DNA of 64,000 nt from Octopus vulgaris (GCA_951406725.2 OX597817.1:166656001-166720000), one strand, 5' to 3'. Shown: positions 45,789-60,307, counted from the first letter of the stretch. Numbers and translations: made by a program. The notes: generated from the letters alone by a model not told the origin.

Positions 45789-47226
45789 CAGCAGACAAAC
45801 TGATGGACAGACAGACGGACGGATGGATTGATAGATGGATGGATGGATGGATGGATGGATGTATGGACGGATGGATTGATGAATGGATTGATGTGTGAGT
45901 GAGTGAATAGCTAGAAGGTTGGATAGATCGTTTGATATATGCATAGCTGAGCCTGTATGTTCATTAATGTAAACGCATTCATTGTTTGTGCTATTGTTTG
46001 TTCATTATACGTGTATGTTTACTGCAAATTGTTACTTTCTATCCGTACCTCCCATTATTGGGCAATATTCCACTAACCCCACCTTTCAAAATGTTTTTCA
46101 TCATAATACATGTCCTGTATCCCACCATTCTTATTCATCTACCGTCAGCTCCTTACTTTTATCAACCAATTTCTATCCTTCTACATATATTCAAGTAGCA
46201 AATCACGGTACAACTACCATCTCTACAGAAAGAATTATCATTATTACATTTCGTTGTTCTACGTCACACTTTCACAAACCTATCCCCTACCATTCACTTA
46301 TCCCTCACTGCATCATTTCACAGTTATCTTATCCATTAACGAGACGAGGAAAAACCGATTTGCAAATCTCCAGTGGCCACGTTTACCACCCCCGTAATTT
46401 CTAACATCATCACCTGACTTCTCGGATAATAAAAATAATTGCAACACATTTATCTCTCATTTTCTCCCTCTCGCTCTTTCTTTCTCAATCTCTCTCTCTC
46501 TCTCTCTCTCTCTATTTCTCTCCCTTTATCTTTCTCATTACCCCTTTATCTCTACTTTCGATTTCAGCTCAATTTTTATTTGTTAAAAATAATCTAATGA
46601 TAAGACGGGATCGATTCAATACGTCACTCATTATTATCACAGCGCTCTCTTCGTTCTAAGGTGAGAAAATAACCGATTCTGTTTCGGTTCTGTTGCTGAT
46701 AGATTAATCAGGGTTCTGTTTACTGAAGTGCCATCATGGATTCTGTAGTGTTCGTCTCCTTCAGATTTTAATGTCGTCCATTAACATCATCCATTAATAA
46801 ATTAACACTAATGCAAAACAGCAACAAAAACAAGCAAAATACATCAAGATGACCAGCTTGTCTACTCCGCCATTTTGTCTTGTCCATCTATCTCTCATGT
46901 ATACACAAATATTCTCTCTCGCGTATTATTCTCTTTCTGTTTCTTTTTTCAACCTTCGAGTTTATTCCCTTACATCAATTTTATATTTCAACACTTTTTA
47001 CTTATTTCTCATATTTCTAACTCTCCGTTTTTCTATCATTATTTTTTCTCCTCCATTCTTCACTTCTTACAGTTTATCTACTTTTCATTTATTTCCAACT
47101 GTCTTTCTAATTGGTTTTACATTAACATATATATTCCATCACCCACCATTTTTTCTATTATCACATTTTTTTTTGCTTTATCATCTTTACTAACTCTTCT
47201 CTCATTTCTTCTTCAATCTCACTTTA

Positions 47227-48070
47227 AGGCAGCGAGCTGGGGGAAACGTTAGCACGCCGGGCGAAATGCATAGCCGTATTTCGTCTGCCGTTACGTTGTG
47301 AGTTCAAATTCCGCCGAGGTCCACTTTGCCTTTCATCCTTTCGGGGTCGATTAAATAAGTACCAGTTACGCACTGGGGTCGATATAATCGACTTAATCCG
47401 TTTGTCTGTCCTTGTTCGTCCTCTCAGTGCTTAGACCCTTGTGGGTAGTAAATAAATAGGTATTTTGTCTGCGGCTACGTTCTGAGTTCAAGTTCCGCCG
47501 AGGTCGACTTTGCCTTTCATCCTTTCGGGGTCGATTAAATAAGAACTAGTTACGCACTGGGGTGGATATAATCGACTTAATCCGTTTGTCTGTCCTTGTT
47601 TGTCTTCTACCTTTTGGGTGGTAAAGAAGTAGAAATAGGTATTTCGTCTGTCTTTGTGTAGGTGCCTGGCTTAGTGGTTAGGCTGTCAGCATCCTGATCG
47701 TAAGATTGTGGTTTCGATTCCCGGACCGGGCGACGTGTTGTGTTCTTGAGCAAAACACTTCATTTCACGTTACTCCAGTCCACTCAGCTGGCAAAAATGA
47801 GTAATGCTGCGATGGACTGGCGTCACGTCCAGCTGGGGAAAAGATACGCCATTGAAACCGGGAAACCGGGCCCATGAGCCTGGCTAGGCTTTGAAAGGGC
47901 GCATTTATTTTATTATTATTATTCCGTCTGTCTTTACGTTCTGACTTCAAATTCCGCCGAGGTCAACTTTGCCTTTCATCCTGTCGGGGTCGATAAAGTA
48001 AGTACCAATTGCGTACTATGGTCGATGTAATCGATTCCAAAATTTCGGGTCATGTGCCTAGAGTCGAAAA
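47227..48070 (+). mobile_element. Family B SINE multimer with a nested SINE
   Basis: Repeated family B units; the third unit is interrupted at 47656-47923. Confidence 0.85.
47656..47923 (+). mobile_element. tRNA-headed SINE (family F) with CORE-like and V-like segments
   Basis: TGGCTTAGTGGTTAG...GGTTTCGATTCCC head; GTTCTTGAGCAAAACACTT; CTGCGATGGACTGGCGTC.CGTCCAG; TSD cgtctgtcttt. Confidence 0.75.
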
Positions 48071-48405
48071 GAATTAATCTCACTTTTGTTTTCTTTACTA
48101 AATATTTCTTTCTTGTCCTTCTTCCACTTATGTGTCTACTTCTATGGTTCTCTGATCTTCCTGTGGGTAACTCTCTATACTCTATTTTCTTGTTCATCTT
48201 TTTTTTATTACATTTTCTGTGCGATTGTATTTTTTACGTAACCATTTTTCTACAATTTCTCTATCGAAGGATGCGGTCAGTGTTTTCTGCTCCCTCGGAT
48301 CAGAAATACGTCGGCAATGCTTGAGTTATTAAAATAGCACCTCATCAATTCAGACATGGTGACTCCTTAATATCATGTACAAGAATATAAGAATTATAGA
48401 TGGAG

Positions 48406-48453
<48 letters not shown>

Positions 48454-48715
48454 ATGTACATAATATATACATGCATGCATATATACACATACATACATAT
48501 ATATGCACACAGAGATAGGTAACTGGTATATTAATAGTATTTTGTTTCATTCTTATAATGTACTATACAACAAACTGTATCTATAGAATTTTGGGGGTAA
48601 CACTGCGTAACGACGGCTTCAAACAATTCGCTTATACAATACACCATACAATGTATCTACATACAATGTATCTACATACATACAGGCCATTCTTTCTCTC
48701 TTTCTTTCTCTGCTT

Positions 48716-48768
<53 letters not shown>

Positions 48769-48824
48769 ATGTATGTATATATATATATATGTATGTATAC
48801 ATATATATATATATATATATATAC

Positions 48825-48879
<55 letters not shown>

Positions 48880-48885
48880 CATATC

Positions 48886-48959
<74 letters not shown>

Positions 48960-49767
48960 ATTAAGATATACATCAAGGATATATCCAGAAAACGCCCAAA
49001 AGAAAACATAAGGTAGATATACAAAAAGAAATATCTATTAGGAAAGCATAAGCCTCTTTTGTATGAAATTCATGAAAAGAGCGCAGAAGAATTATTATTA
49101 TCTTTCACAATGAACATTCGCACAGAGTTACAATGAATACTCGCCCTGTAGCTAAGGTAAACAACAATAAAACAAAAATATAACAAATCAATATAAAGAA
49201 CGTAGATATAGAAGTTATTATACACGTTAACTGCGGACTCGTCCAAGAAAGTGTAACGCAGTGTTTGAATGGAAGAGATAGTTAAGATAGCTTTAATAAT
49301 ATCGTTAATTATTTTGTAAACTTGTTATAGGTTTACTAACATACTTTTGCTGCTTGCGATAAGATATACTTGTAAGTCTCCTAGCTTTGTTTTGCAACCA
49401 ACTCTATATCCGTGTGATCAATGTCTAGGAAAATAGATCTGTATTTATTGATTAGATCTCCATCATCGATTGATTGATTAAGTGACTGAAATAATTATAT
49501 CATTGATTAGTGAAATGAGAATTTTGTGCACCTGTTTATGTACGTATTCTGAATTATATAGTTAAAAGTGTGTACCAAAGTGGGAACCTCTATGTGGTTT
49601 TTGTCAGGCTAGAAATAGCCACCTACTCTACCTCAAATCACACCCTATAATCTTAAAAAGGGACACTGTGGACGAGTATGGTTTCAATACTTGCTTCAAG
49701 GAAGGGAGGGGCCATCCTGTCTCACCAGACAGCTACCGCCCGCCTCAAGCTAAACAGAAACCCCCAA

Positions 49768-50028
49768 CATTATTTACATTATTTACATTATTTACATTCG
49801 ACAGATATTTGTCTTCATCTTGTTTGTTGTCAACACAATGTTTCGGCTTATATACCCTCCAAACCTTCATCAGGTGTCTTGGGGAAATTTCGAACCTAGG
49901 TTCTCATTCCTAAGCCCACGGCCATATAGCGTAGGGGTTAAGAGCGCAGGCTACAAAACCCAAGATTCCGAGTTCGATTCCAAGCAGTGACCTGAACAAC
50001 AATAACAACAACAGCAACAATAATAATG

Positions 50029-50077
<49 letters not shown>

Positions 50078-50225
50078 CAACAACAACATCGAAAAATACC
50101 TTTGGAATGAGAACCCAGGTTAAGAGCGCGGGCTACTAAACCCAAGATTCCGAGTTCGATTCCAAGCAGTGACCTGAACAACAATAACAACAATAACAAC
50201 AACAGCAACAATAATGATGATGATG

Positions 50226-50295
<70 letters not shown>

Positions 50296-50501
50296 CAACA
50301 ACAACAACAACAACATCAAAAAATACCTTTGGAAGGAGAACCCAGGTTCGAAATTTCCCCAAGACACCTGATGAAGACTGGAGGGTATATAAGCCGAAAC
50401 ATTGTGTTACAAGAAACAAGATGAGGACAAATATCCGTCAAACGTAAATAATGTAAATAATGTAAATAATGTACATAATTCCTCATCGCTTAAACATAGA
50501 G
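49768..50501 (+). mobile_element. Second family E element (inverted hammerhead arms, duplicated tRNA-like head)
   Basis: Hammerheads at 49832-49878 (-) and 50363-50408 (+); heads at ~49920-49993 and ~50118-50175; imperfect TSD cagaaacccccaa / cagaaaccatcaa. Confidence 0.82.
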
Positions 50502-50639
50502 CAGAAACCATCAAATTAGGTGCGCCTCAATGTGTAGGATACGTAGGACTTAGAGATACAAGTAGTCTGAAGTACAGATGCTAAAAATGCACCAAGAGTC
50601 AGAAAGCCAGAGAAAGCCAACATTCACTCTATAATCCTG

Positions 50640-50990
50640 GAATGTATAGAATACGATCACTAGACTGTCATATTACCTCCTCAACATCAGTGATACACGA
50701 AGAGAAGCAGTGATTAACAATGAACTTCTAAAATTTGGAATGGACATCACAACACTCCATCAAATACGTCTTGCAGAATCAGGAACTCTTTCTGAGGGAG
50801 GCTTTTACCTTTTTTTCTAGCAGGGAAAGGGCTAAATGGGGCTAGAGGGCATGGTGTTGGCTTTGCCGGGCGAAATTTTCTGCTAAAGATGATGGAACTC
50901 AGTAAGAGAGGGACTGAGCGGATTTTCTCACTTCGGCTCCAGACAAACTATGGAACTGTCAATCTAGTCACTATTTGACTTCCGACCCTG
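50640..50990 (+). mobile_element. RTE-like LINE AP-endonuclease fragment
   Basis: INNELLKFGMDITTL.QIRLAESGTL...HGVGFA (frameshifted). Confidence 0.72.
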
Positions 50991-51064
50991 TAATCTACAT
51001 AAATTACAAAGGATCGTGCGCACCCCCCCACACACACAAAACAATCATACACACACTCACAATG

Positions 51065-51148
<84 letters not shown>

Positions 51149-52432
51149 CATGCACACATACATACTTACGAAGGGACTATTCAAAACAACCACCTGAGGA
51201 GGTGCATTTTACCTCAGGTGGATGATGGAGATAACACATCTTACGAGTGTAAAAGCGTGTCGAAACGATTGTAGTGTTTTTTTTTTAAATAGTTCATTTC
51301 ATGTTTTTTGCTTTTTCTTTAGCTTGGTACTTATTCTATTAGTCTCTTTTGCCGAACCGGTAAGTTACTGCGACGTAAACACACCAACACCGTTTTCCAA
51401 GCGGTGGTGAGGGATAGACACAAAGAAACACACACACGCACACACACACACACACACACACATATACATACACACACATATACACACACATATACATAGG
51501 CGCAGGTGTGACTTTGTGGTAAGAAACTTGCTTCCCAACACCTTACCCAAGTGTTTTTCTATACCCACGGGCTGACCATAGACCTGTAAGTCAATTTGGT
51601 AGACGAAAACTAAAAGAAGCCTGCCGTATTTGTGTGTATGTTTATGTTTTTGTTCCACTACCACTGTTTGACACCCAATATTGGTACCCGTAAATTAGCG
51701 GTTCAGCAAAAGAGTTTGATAGAATAAGTACCAGCTTAAAAGCAAATACTGAGGTCGATCCATTCTGCTAAAATTCTTCAAGGTGGTGCCCCAGCATGGC
51801 AGTAGTCTAATGACTGAAAAAAGTGAAAGATAAGATAAAAGACATACGGCGCTCTTCTTTCAGTTTCCACTCAGAAGGTTTTGATCAGCCCGCAGTTATA
51901 GTAGAAGATACTTGCCCAGGACGCCACGAAGTAGGATTGAACTCTGAACCATGTGGTTGGGAAGCAAACTTCTAACCACGCCGTTACAATATATGAAAAA
52001 TCTATTCTTTTCTACTCCAGGCACAAGGCCCAAAAATGTTGGGGGAGGGGGCCAGTCGATTAGGTCGACCCCAGTACGCAACCGGTACTTAAATTTATCG
52101 GACCCGAAAGGATGAAAGGCAAAGTTAACCTCGGCAGAATTCGAACTCAGAATGTAAAGACAGACGAAATACTGCTAAGCATTTCGCTCGGCGTTACTAT
52201 CGTTTCTGCCAGCTTGCCGACATGAATAAATGTATTCTAAAATTAAAAACTATTAATTTTATACAAAAAATGTCTTTAAAAAACAGATAACAAGACCATT
52301 TGGAAGTGGGCTTTTTTGCAAAGCACAAAATTTCCTTCCATCAGGATTGTGTTAATCTAGATAATCTAGAAAAAGAAACACGTATAAATAGAGATTTATA
52401 GGTGGAAACTTTGAGACATACATGCAAACAAG

Positions 52433-52545
<113 letters not shown>

Positions 52546-53346
52546 GGATAGATAGATGGAGAAGTAGACAGATGCGTAAATATGCTTTTAAACATAACAT
52601 TCGTTCACACAAATATATACACAAGCCTACCTAAACACGTACAAATGTACAAACATACTTAGAACAGCTTTGATTCTTTGAGTTAGGAATGGATTTTTCA
52701 GACAAATGAAGCTAACAGCATTAACATACACGCACAATCACGTACACTTAAATGCATACATAAAGGATTACATGCAGTAATTTATATAAGCATATGTGCG
52801 TTTATAGGCACGAAATTACCATACGCATTCGCAACACTGCAGAAACACGACAGAAATAGCTGGTAGTTTAAAGTGTAATAGAAAATCGATAAGAGGCCAA
52901 GAGATATGTGTGCCTTATCTCAACTGGGGTTAGTTGAAGTATTAGAAATATCCTGAACATTCTAGATTAAATGACAGCGGCAGCTGGGAATGTTACCTTG
53001 AGAATCGGAAAGGATTTCAAAATCTGAAATATATTTAATGAACAGAAGAAGCGAACAGCTGAGTTTATTTGTACATTAGTTACGTAATAGATTCTATGAA
53101 AGGCTACTCAGAATTACCAGCTAAATAAAGGAGTTGGAGTAGGGCAGAAGGAGAAATGAAAATAGGGAGAGGTGGGGAGTAAATGACATAAAGTGAGAGA
53201 CGCACAGAGAGAGAGAGAGAGAGAGAGTGAGAAAGTAGGTGGGAAAGGGATGGATGAGATACAATAGAAAATTACTTGAGTCTTTGTGTTACAAATGGAT
53301 TTTGAAGGAATGGAATTATGGAATTACAAAATTTAGTGATTCATAA

Positions 53347-53401
<55 letters not shown>

Positions 53402-53565
53402 GACACACATACATGCATACAAACAAACATATATACATACCAACATACATACATGTATATATGTGTGTGTGTGGCGGGGTGTATGAATGTATGTATGCAA
53501 TCAGGTAAAACGTTCCGGGGGTTGTGCATACATTATCAGGTGTTCACGCATATTAAAGAAACCCA

Positions 53566-53900
53566 TACATACATACATACATACATACATACATACATAC
53601 ATACATGCATACATACATAAATACATACACACACATACATTCATACATACATACATACATACATACATACATACATACATACATGCATACATACATAAAT
53701 ACATACACACACATACATTCATACATACATACATACATACATACATACATACATACATACATACATACAAACATACATACATACATACATACACACATAC
53801 ATTCATACATACATACATACATACATACATACATACATACACACATACATTCATACATAATAGAATCATACATACATACTCACACACATACACATACACA
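53566..53900. repeat. (CATA)n repeat
   Basis: Direct reading. Confidence 0.95.
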
Positions 53901-54112
53901 GATTCTTATTCTCTTACTTTTTTCAGTCATGTGGCTGCGGCCATGCTGGAGCACCACCTTGAAGGGTTTTAATCGAAAAAATCGACCCAGACACTTAATT
54001 TCTTTTTCAGCATGGTACTTATTCTAAGAAACGGGGATGTAAGCACACCAACACCAGTTGTTAAGCAGTGATGGTGGAACAAACACAGAGACAAAGCCCC
54101 AAATACACACAC

Positions 54113-54147
<35 letters not shown>

Positions 54148-54256
54148 AGTAGTTGAATGAATTATCTTATTAAGGATAATTCGAAAGATAACCGATACCT
54201 GGGTAGCGGTCAGATAAAAGTTTTTTGTGCATTTTGATGTCGACATAAGTTCCTTG

Positions 54257-54341
54257 ATTTTCCTGATGAGAAATCTGCATAATGTACTCCTTATTCCTTC
54301 GGAATTAGGAATATGCAGCCTTCGAAACATATGTCGAGAAT
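54257..54341 (+). ncRNA. Type I hammerhead ribozyme motif with GUC cleavage site
   Basis: ATTTTC CTGATGA GAA.. CTGCATA...TATGCAG ..TTC GAAAC ATAT GTC GAGAAT. Confidence 0.82.
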
Positions 54342-56052
54342 AAAGGATATTTGTTAACTAGTCGTTCAACTCCATTCTTTCATACACTTATAATTTTAAA
54401 ATATATATATATATATATATTACGGGCTTCTTTCAGTTTCCGCCCACCAAATCCACTCACAAAGCTTTGGTCGGCCTGAGCCTATAGTAGAAGGAAATTG
54501 TCCAAGGTGCCATGCTGTGGGATTGAACCCAGAATCATGTAGTAGGGAAGTAAGCTTCTTACCACAGCCACTCCAGGATGTGGTCATTTCAAGACATATT
54601 AGTTTCTAATTTAGACACGAGGACAACAATTTTTGAGGAGTGGGGATTAATTGATACTACCGACCCCAGTATTTCACTGATAGCTTTTTTTTGAGGGGCG
54701 GGGGCAAAGAGAAAACAGGCGAAATTAACTTCGGAGAGATTTGAGCACGCAACGCAAAGTTCATAGCAGGTAAGTTCATGCCATTACAATTTCAATAGAA
54801 ATGGTTGAATCTTCAGGAGATTCTGTAGCTTCCACAGGTGCTATGAATATTTTTTAACAGCTACCTTTGGCAGTCTTGTGTGGAGGAATCAAGGAAGTTT
54901 TTCTGAATTCGAACCTTGCATTTTGTATTAGTCTTACTTTAGCCAACTTACCATTTTATGGACTAAGTGTATTTATAGCTTTTAGTTTCGGTGTTTGCGG
55001 TTCGTGAATTGAAAGTTATACTTCAGAGATTCACTTTGTCTCGTACGAAAATTCATAACAACGTACTATTTATGCCATTATATAGACAACTGAAAATACC
55101 CTTGCAAACGTATGAAGGCCTTCTAATAACAGAAGGAATCGAAGTGTTCTATTTCTTTTCTGAAGATGATAGCAGAATTTATTATTAATTAATAGCATGG
55201 TCTCAAATTTTGGCACAATGACAACAGTTTCAGGGTGGGACTAAGTCGATTTCATCGACCCCAGTGTTCAACTGGTACTTAATTTATCACTTCCGAAAGG
55301 TTGAAAGGCAAAGACAACCTTGGCAGAATTTGAACTCAGAACCTGAAGACGGACGAAATACTGTTAGGTATTCTGGTCAGCGTGCTAACGATTCTGCCAG
55401 CAGAAGACTTCCGTATAATCGCAAGATTGTTTCTCAGTTGACATCATGGAATAAGTAGTATGTGACTACCAATTCTTGAATGAGTCAATTGCCAAATGCG
55501 TTCTTAAACACCGTAGTCAGATACCTGTAGGAAATTTAAGGCATCAGACCTTCAAAAGATTGTTTTCATGAGAACTGCCCACACCCTAAAAAATAAAAAA
55601 ATTGCTAAATTGAAAAAACCTGATTCTCTTTAAACTCTATATCAAAACTGTAATATTACAAATTTAGCAGAATCTTTATTCCTAGATTCTTGCCTCTTTC
55701 ACATACACTATTTCAGTTCTAATCATATATAACACCCATATCAAGACATCCAGCATTTTGTCAGTTGAGGTCTCTGGATGAAACTTGAAACAGCTCATAT
55801 AAAACAAGGCAACAATAACGTAAATACTACTAATAATAATGATTTCAAATTTTGGCACAAGGGCACCCATTTTGGGAGAAGGGGTAAGTCGATTGCATCA
55901 ACTTCAGTACTCAATTGATACTTATTTTATCAACCCCGAAAAAATGAAAGGCAAAGTCGACCTCGGCGGACTTTGAACTGAGAACATGAAGACGGACGAA
56001 ATACCGATAAACATTTCGCCCGACGACCTAACGATTATGCCAGCTCGCCGCC

Positions 56053-56137
<85 letters not shown>

Positions 56138-56139
<2 letters not shown>

Positions 56140-56665
56140 GCCCTGATGCAGTACCAGGCAGTGGCTCTAGTGACTTCTGATCTTAACTGATTGGAAGTGT
56201 TATCATGTACATTGTTTTATCTTGGTATAAAAGATGGGCTACAGCAAATATTCTGTTCAATACCAAAGATTTGCTTGTCGGTTGTTTGACCTTAACCAGT
56301 TGAGCATGTCCCTTTGTGGCTGATGATATATGCATCTCTGACCACGAGCAGAAGTAGTGGGGGAGCATTATAGCCGTGTGTTGAAAGGAATTCATGGAGG
56401 TTTGGATAATTCACCTTTGGAAACATGGGTGTTTCGTTCAACAGCCTTAAACAACCCTTATTCAGGGACCTTTTGAGCAAGATGGGCTACTCGACCAGAA
56501 GGTCATGTGCTGTTTATCTTGATATGAGATCACCATGTCGCGTACATTTGGTTGTGATGCATGTGCCTAGTGTACTCTTATCAGACGGGTAGTCATGATG
56601 GGTATACTGGGCTTCTTATACTTTAACCCAGTATCACTTTGATGGCATGCACTGCTCTCTCACTC

Positions 56666-56666
<1 letters not shown>
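56138..56666 (+). mobile_element. Family C element within (AAT)n
   Basis: Long (AAT)n on both sides. Confidence 0.85.
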
Positions 56667-56732
<66 letters not shown>

Positions 56733-57158
56733 GTTTCACAATTTAGCACAAGGCCAGCAATTTTGAGGGAGAGTGTAAGTGGGTTATGTTGACCCCAGTG
56801 CTTAACTTCTACTCAGTTTATCGACCCCGAAGGAATAAAATGTAAGTTGACCTCGGCGAAGTTTGAACGCAGAACATATGGACGGACGAAATGCTGGTAT
56901 GCATTTTGCTCGGCACGGTAATGATTCTGCCATCTCACCGCCTTAATAATCCTTTTTACTATAGGCACAAGGCCTGAAATTTGGGAAAAGGGGATAGTCG
57001 TTTACATCGACCCCAGTACTCGACTGGTACTTATTTCATCGACCCCGAGAAATTGAAAAAGAAAGTTGACCTCGGCTAAATTTGAACTCAGAACGTAAAG
57101 ACGGACGAAATACCGCTAAGCATTTTACCCGGTGTGCTAACGATTCTGCCAACTTGGC

Positions 57159-57200
<42 letters not shown>

Positions 57201-57443
57201 GTTTTAGTTTATTGAAAGGTGAACGAGAGGGGCGAGCTTGGTTCGTGTGAACGAACCTGCTCTGTGCAAGCGCTTCTTAGAGGAGTAAAAGGGAGAAGAA
57301 ACACTTGCCTAAGTGGTCAAGGAAACAGTTTACACGGTTTTCCTTTCGATGGGTTACTCGAACAGAAGAAAATTCTAACTGGGCCCCACCTGCAAGGTCA
57401 TGTGCTGTTTATATTGATATGAGATCCCCATGTCGCGCACATG

Positions 57444-57826
57444 GAAGCACTCCGTCGGTTACGACGACGAGGGTTCCGGTTGATCCGAATCAACGGAACA
57501 GCCTGCTCGTGAAATTAACGTGTAAGTGGCTGAGCACTCCACAGACACGTGTACCCTTAACGTAGTTCTCGGGGATATTCAGCGTGACACAGAGAGTGAC
57601 AAGGCCGGCCCTTTGAAATACAGGTACAACAGAAACAGGAAGTAAGAGTGAGAGAAAGTTGTGGTGAAAGAGTACAGCAGGGATCACCACCATCCCCTAC
57701 CGGAGCCTCGTGGAGCTTTAGGTGTTTTCGCTCAATAAACACTCACAACGCCCGGTCTGGGAATCGAAACCGCGATCCTACGACCGCGAGTCCGCTGCCC
57801 TAACCACTGGGCCATTGCGCCTCCAC
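57444..57826 (-). mobile_element. Family D SINE
   Basis: Near-identical to 34024-34408. Confidence 0.9.
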
Positions 57827-58165
57827 TGTGATGTATGTGCCTATTGAGGAATTGTACTTGATATAATTTTATGGTCTATTTTTGCTTTTGTTTTAAATGT
57901 TTATTCGGAAACACCTCCGTTTGTGTCCGTTTGTGCTTTTATATTTGCGTCCGTGTACGTTCTACGTAGGCCCATGGTTTCAAATTTTGACACAATGCCA
58001 GCAATTTCGGGGCAGGGGATGAGTCGATTACATTGACCCCAGTGTTCAACTGGTACTTATTTTATCAACCTCGAAAGGATGAAAGGCAAAAGTGACCTCG
58101 GCGAAATTTGAATTCAGATCGTAATATTTCGTCCAGCATGCTAACAATTCTGACAACTCACCACC

Positions 58166-58208
<43 letters not shown>

Positions 58209-58296
58209 GTAGAAGAAGAAGAAGAAGAAGAAGAAGAAGAAGAAGAAGAAGAAGAAGAAGAAGAAGAAGAAGAAGAAGAAGAAGAAGAAGAAGAAG

Positions 58297-58334
<38 letters not shown>

Positions 58335-58385
58335 GGACCATGAACAAGGACATGTCTAGGAAATAAAAATCCAAGGAACATCTGC

Positions 58386-58525
58386 ACTCACCTTAGAAAC
58401 GTTTAAACTCTCGGCAGACGGATTGGTTTAGTTGCTTTCAGAGCTAGAACATTTTACAAATGAGGCAATAGAAGGGGTGCTGATTGGTGTCTAGCAAACA
58501 GCAAAAACGGTCACGTGACTTCCTC
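58386..58525 (-). promoter_or_regulatory. Candidate promoter and short non-coding first exon with splice donor
   Basis: AAG|GTGAGT donor at 58392/58391; CCAAT at 58422-58426 and 58483-58487; palindromic GTCACGTGAC at 58510-58519 next to an ETS-like CTTCCT. Confidence 0.5.
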
Positions 58526-58867
58526 CCTTCTCTCTCCATTGTCGCTGGTGCCTTTTCCCAAGATTTTTTTGTTTGCTTTTGTTGTATTTTCTTTATTGCT
58601 TTTCTCTTTAACTATCGTTTTCATTTTTTATTTTGTTGGGGTACGGTATTTTTGCTGGCATTTTTGTGCTTTCCCCTCCGTATTTGTAATACGTGTATGT
58701 ATGTATGCATGTATGTATGTATGTATGTATGTATGTATGTATGTATGTATGTATGTATGTATGTATGTATGTATGTATGTATGTATGTATGTATGTATGT
58801 ACGTATGTATGCATGCATGTAGGCATGCATGTATGTATGTATTTGTACGTGTCTCTGTGTCTCTCTG

Positions 58868-59280
58868 TGCCCATATACACTTTCTGCAGGCTTGGCTGTG
58901 TGGTACGAAGCTGAATTCTGATCCACATGATTTCAGGTTCAATCCCACTGCGTGGCAACTTGGGCAGGTGTCGTCTACTATAGCCTCGGACCAGCCAAAG
59001 CCTTGTGAGTGGATTAGGTAGATGGAAACTGAAAGGAACCTGCACTATATATTTGTGTGTGTGCGTGTGTGTGTATCTGTGTCTGCTTGACTCCACTACC
59101 ATTTGACAACTGATATTGGTGTGTTTACGTTCCCTATGGTTCGGCAAAAAAGACTGATCGAATAAGTGCTAGGCTTAAAAAATGATAAGGCTTTGGGTCG
59201 ATTTGTTCGACAAAAAACCTTTCAATTCGGTGCCCCAGCATGGGCGCAGTCAAATGACTGAAACAAGTAAATGATGAAAG
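58868..59280 (+). mobile_element. Family A SINE (diverged)
   Basis: Head, CORE-like segment and GACTGAAACAAGTAAA tail. Confidence 0.8.
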
Positions 59281-59440
59281 ATATATACACACACACATAT
59301 ATATATATATTATATTAAATTTGAGATAAAACCACTATTAGGCTATAAAATTAGATTCAATCCTAAATCTGATTTTTCCCTGTAAGTTTGGATTTATTCC
59401 CTATTTTATTATATATATATATATATATATACATACATAT

Positions 59441-59710
59441 AATTTAGGGACAAACCGCTATTTGGTTATCCAATTAATACTGAAAAGATATTATCTATAA
59501 TACTGACATAGAAATTAATTAGATATATAATAATTTATATTTATTAATCTAAAAATCACAAAACAAACCAAAATGTGTGGTTTATTTTATGATTTTTTTT
59601 AGATTAATAATTATAAATTATAATATATTTAATTATTTTCTATGTCGGTATTATAGATAATATATTTTCGGCATTGATTGAATAACTAAATTGCAGTTTG
59701 TCTTTAAATT
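59441..59710. repeat. ~270-bp AT-rich imperfect palindrome (foldback/MITE-like) in (TA)n
   Basis: aatttagggacaaaccgct... pairs with ...tgcagtttgtctttaaatt; centre at ~59573. Confidence 0.82.
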
Positions 59711-60307
59711 ATATATATTTATAAAATATATTGTGAATTTTTTATTTAGTGTACGAAATTGAAATTTTTTTCGCTGGGAATTTTTATATTCCCTAACTAT
59801 TAATAATATATATATATATATGTATATGTATATAAATCTTTGACGGGTTTTGTTTTTCATCCCGCAGGGTGTCCAATAAACACCCTCCTCACCAAGCAAG
59901 CTTGGTGGAGTTGCCGGTTTAATCGCCGACGACCCGACCATGCAACAGGTTGTACTGGGTTACATGTTACCAGTTACACTACTAATAGTAGTACCCTCAT
60001 TATAATATAAATGAATATTTTCAAAGAGGAAGAATTTACGGATTTTTTCTCTTACGAGGTTTTTCACGCTGACTACTGATAATTCCTTTTAAAGATTTTA
60101 TCCTCAATTGTTAATTTATATTTTTCACCGGAATAGTTCAATACTGAATTTTTATTCCGACTAGGCAATTTGTTACCGAAATGCATTGCGAAAAAGCCCG
60201 CCATTTTCATAGATATGTAAGGATAAACATTCGTACATGCTACGATGAATTCTACGGTTGGCTATCGAGTTTGTAATGTTATGTTTTTTCTTATATCTCT
60301 TGAGTTT

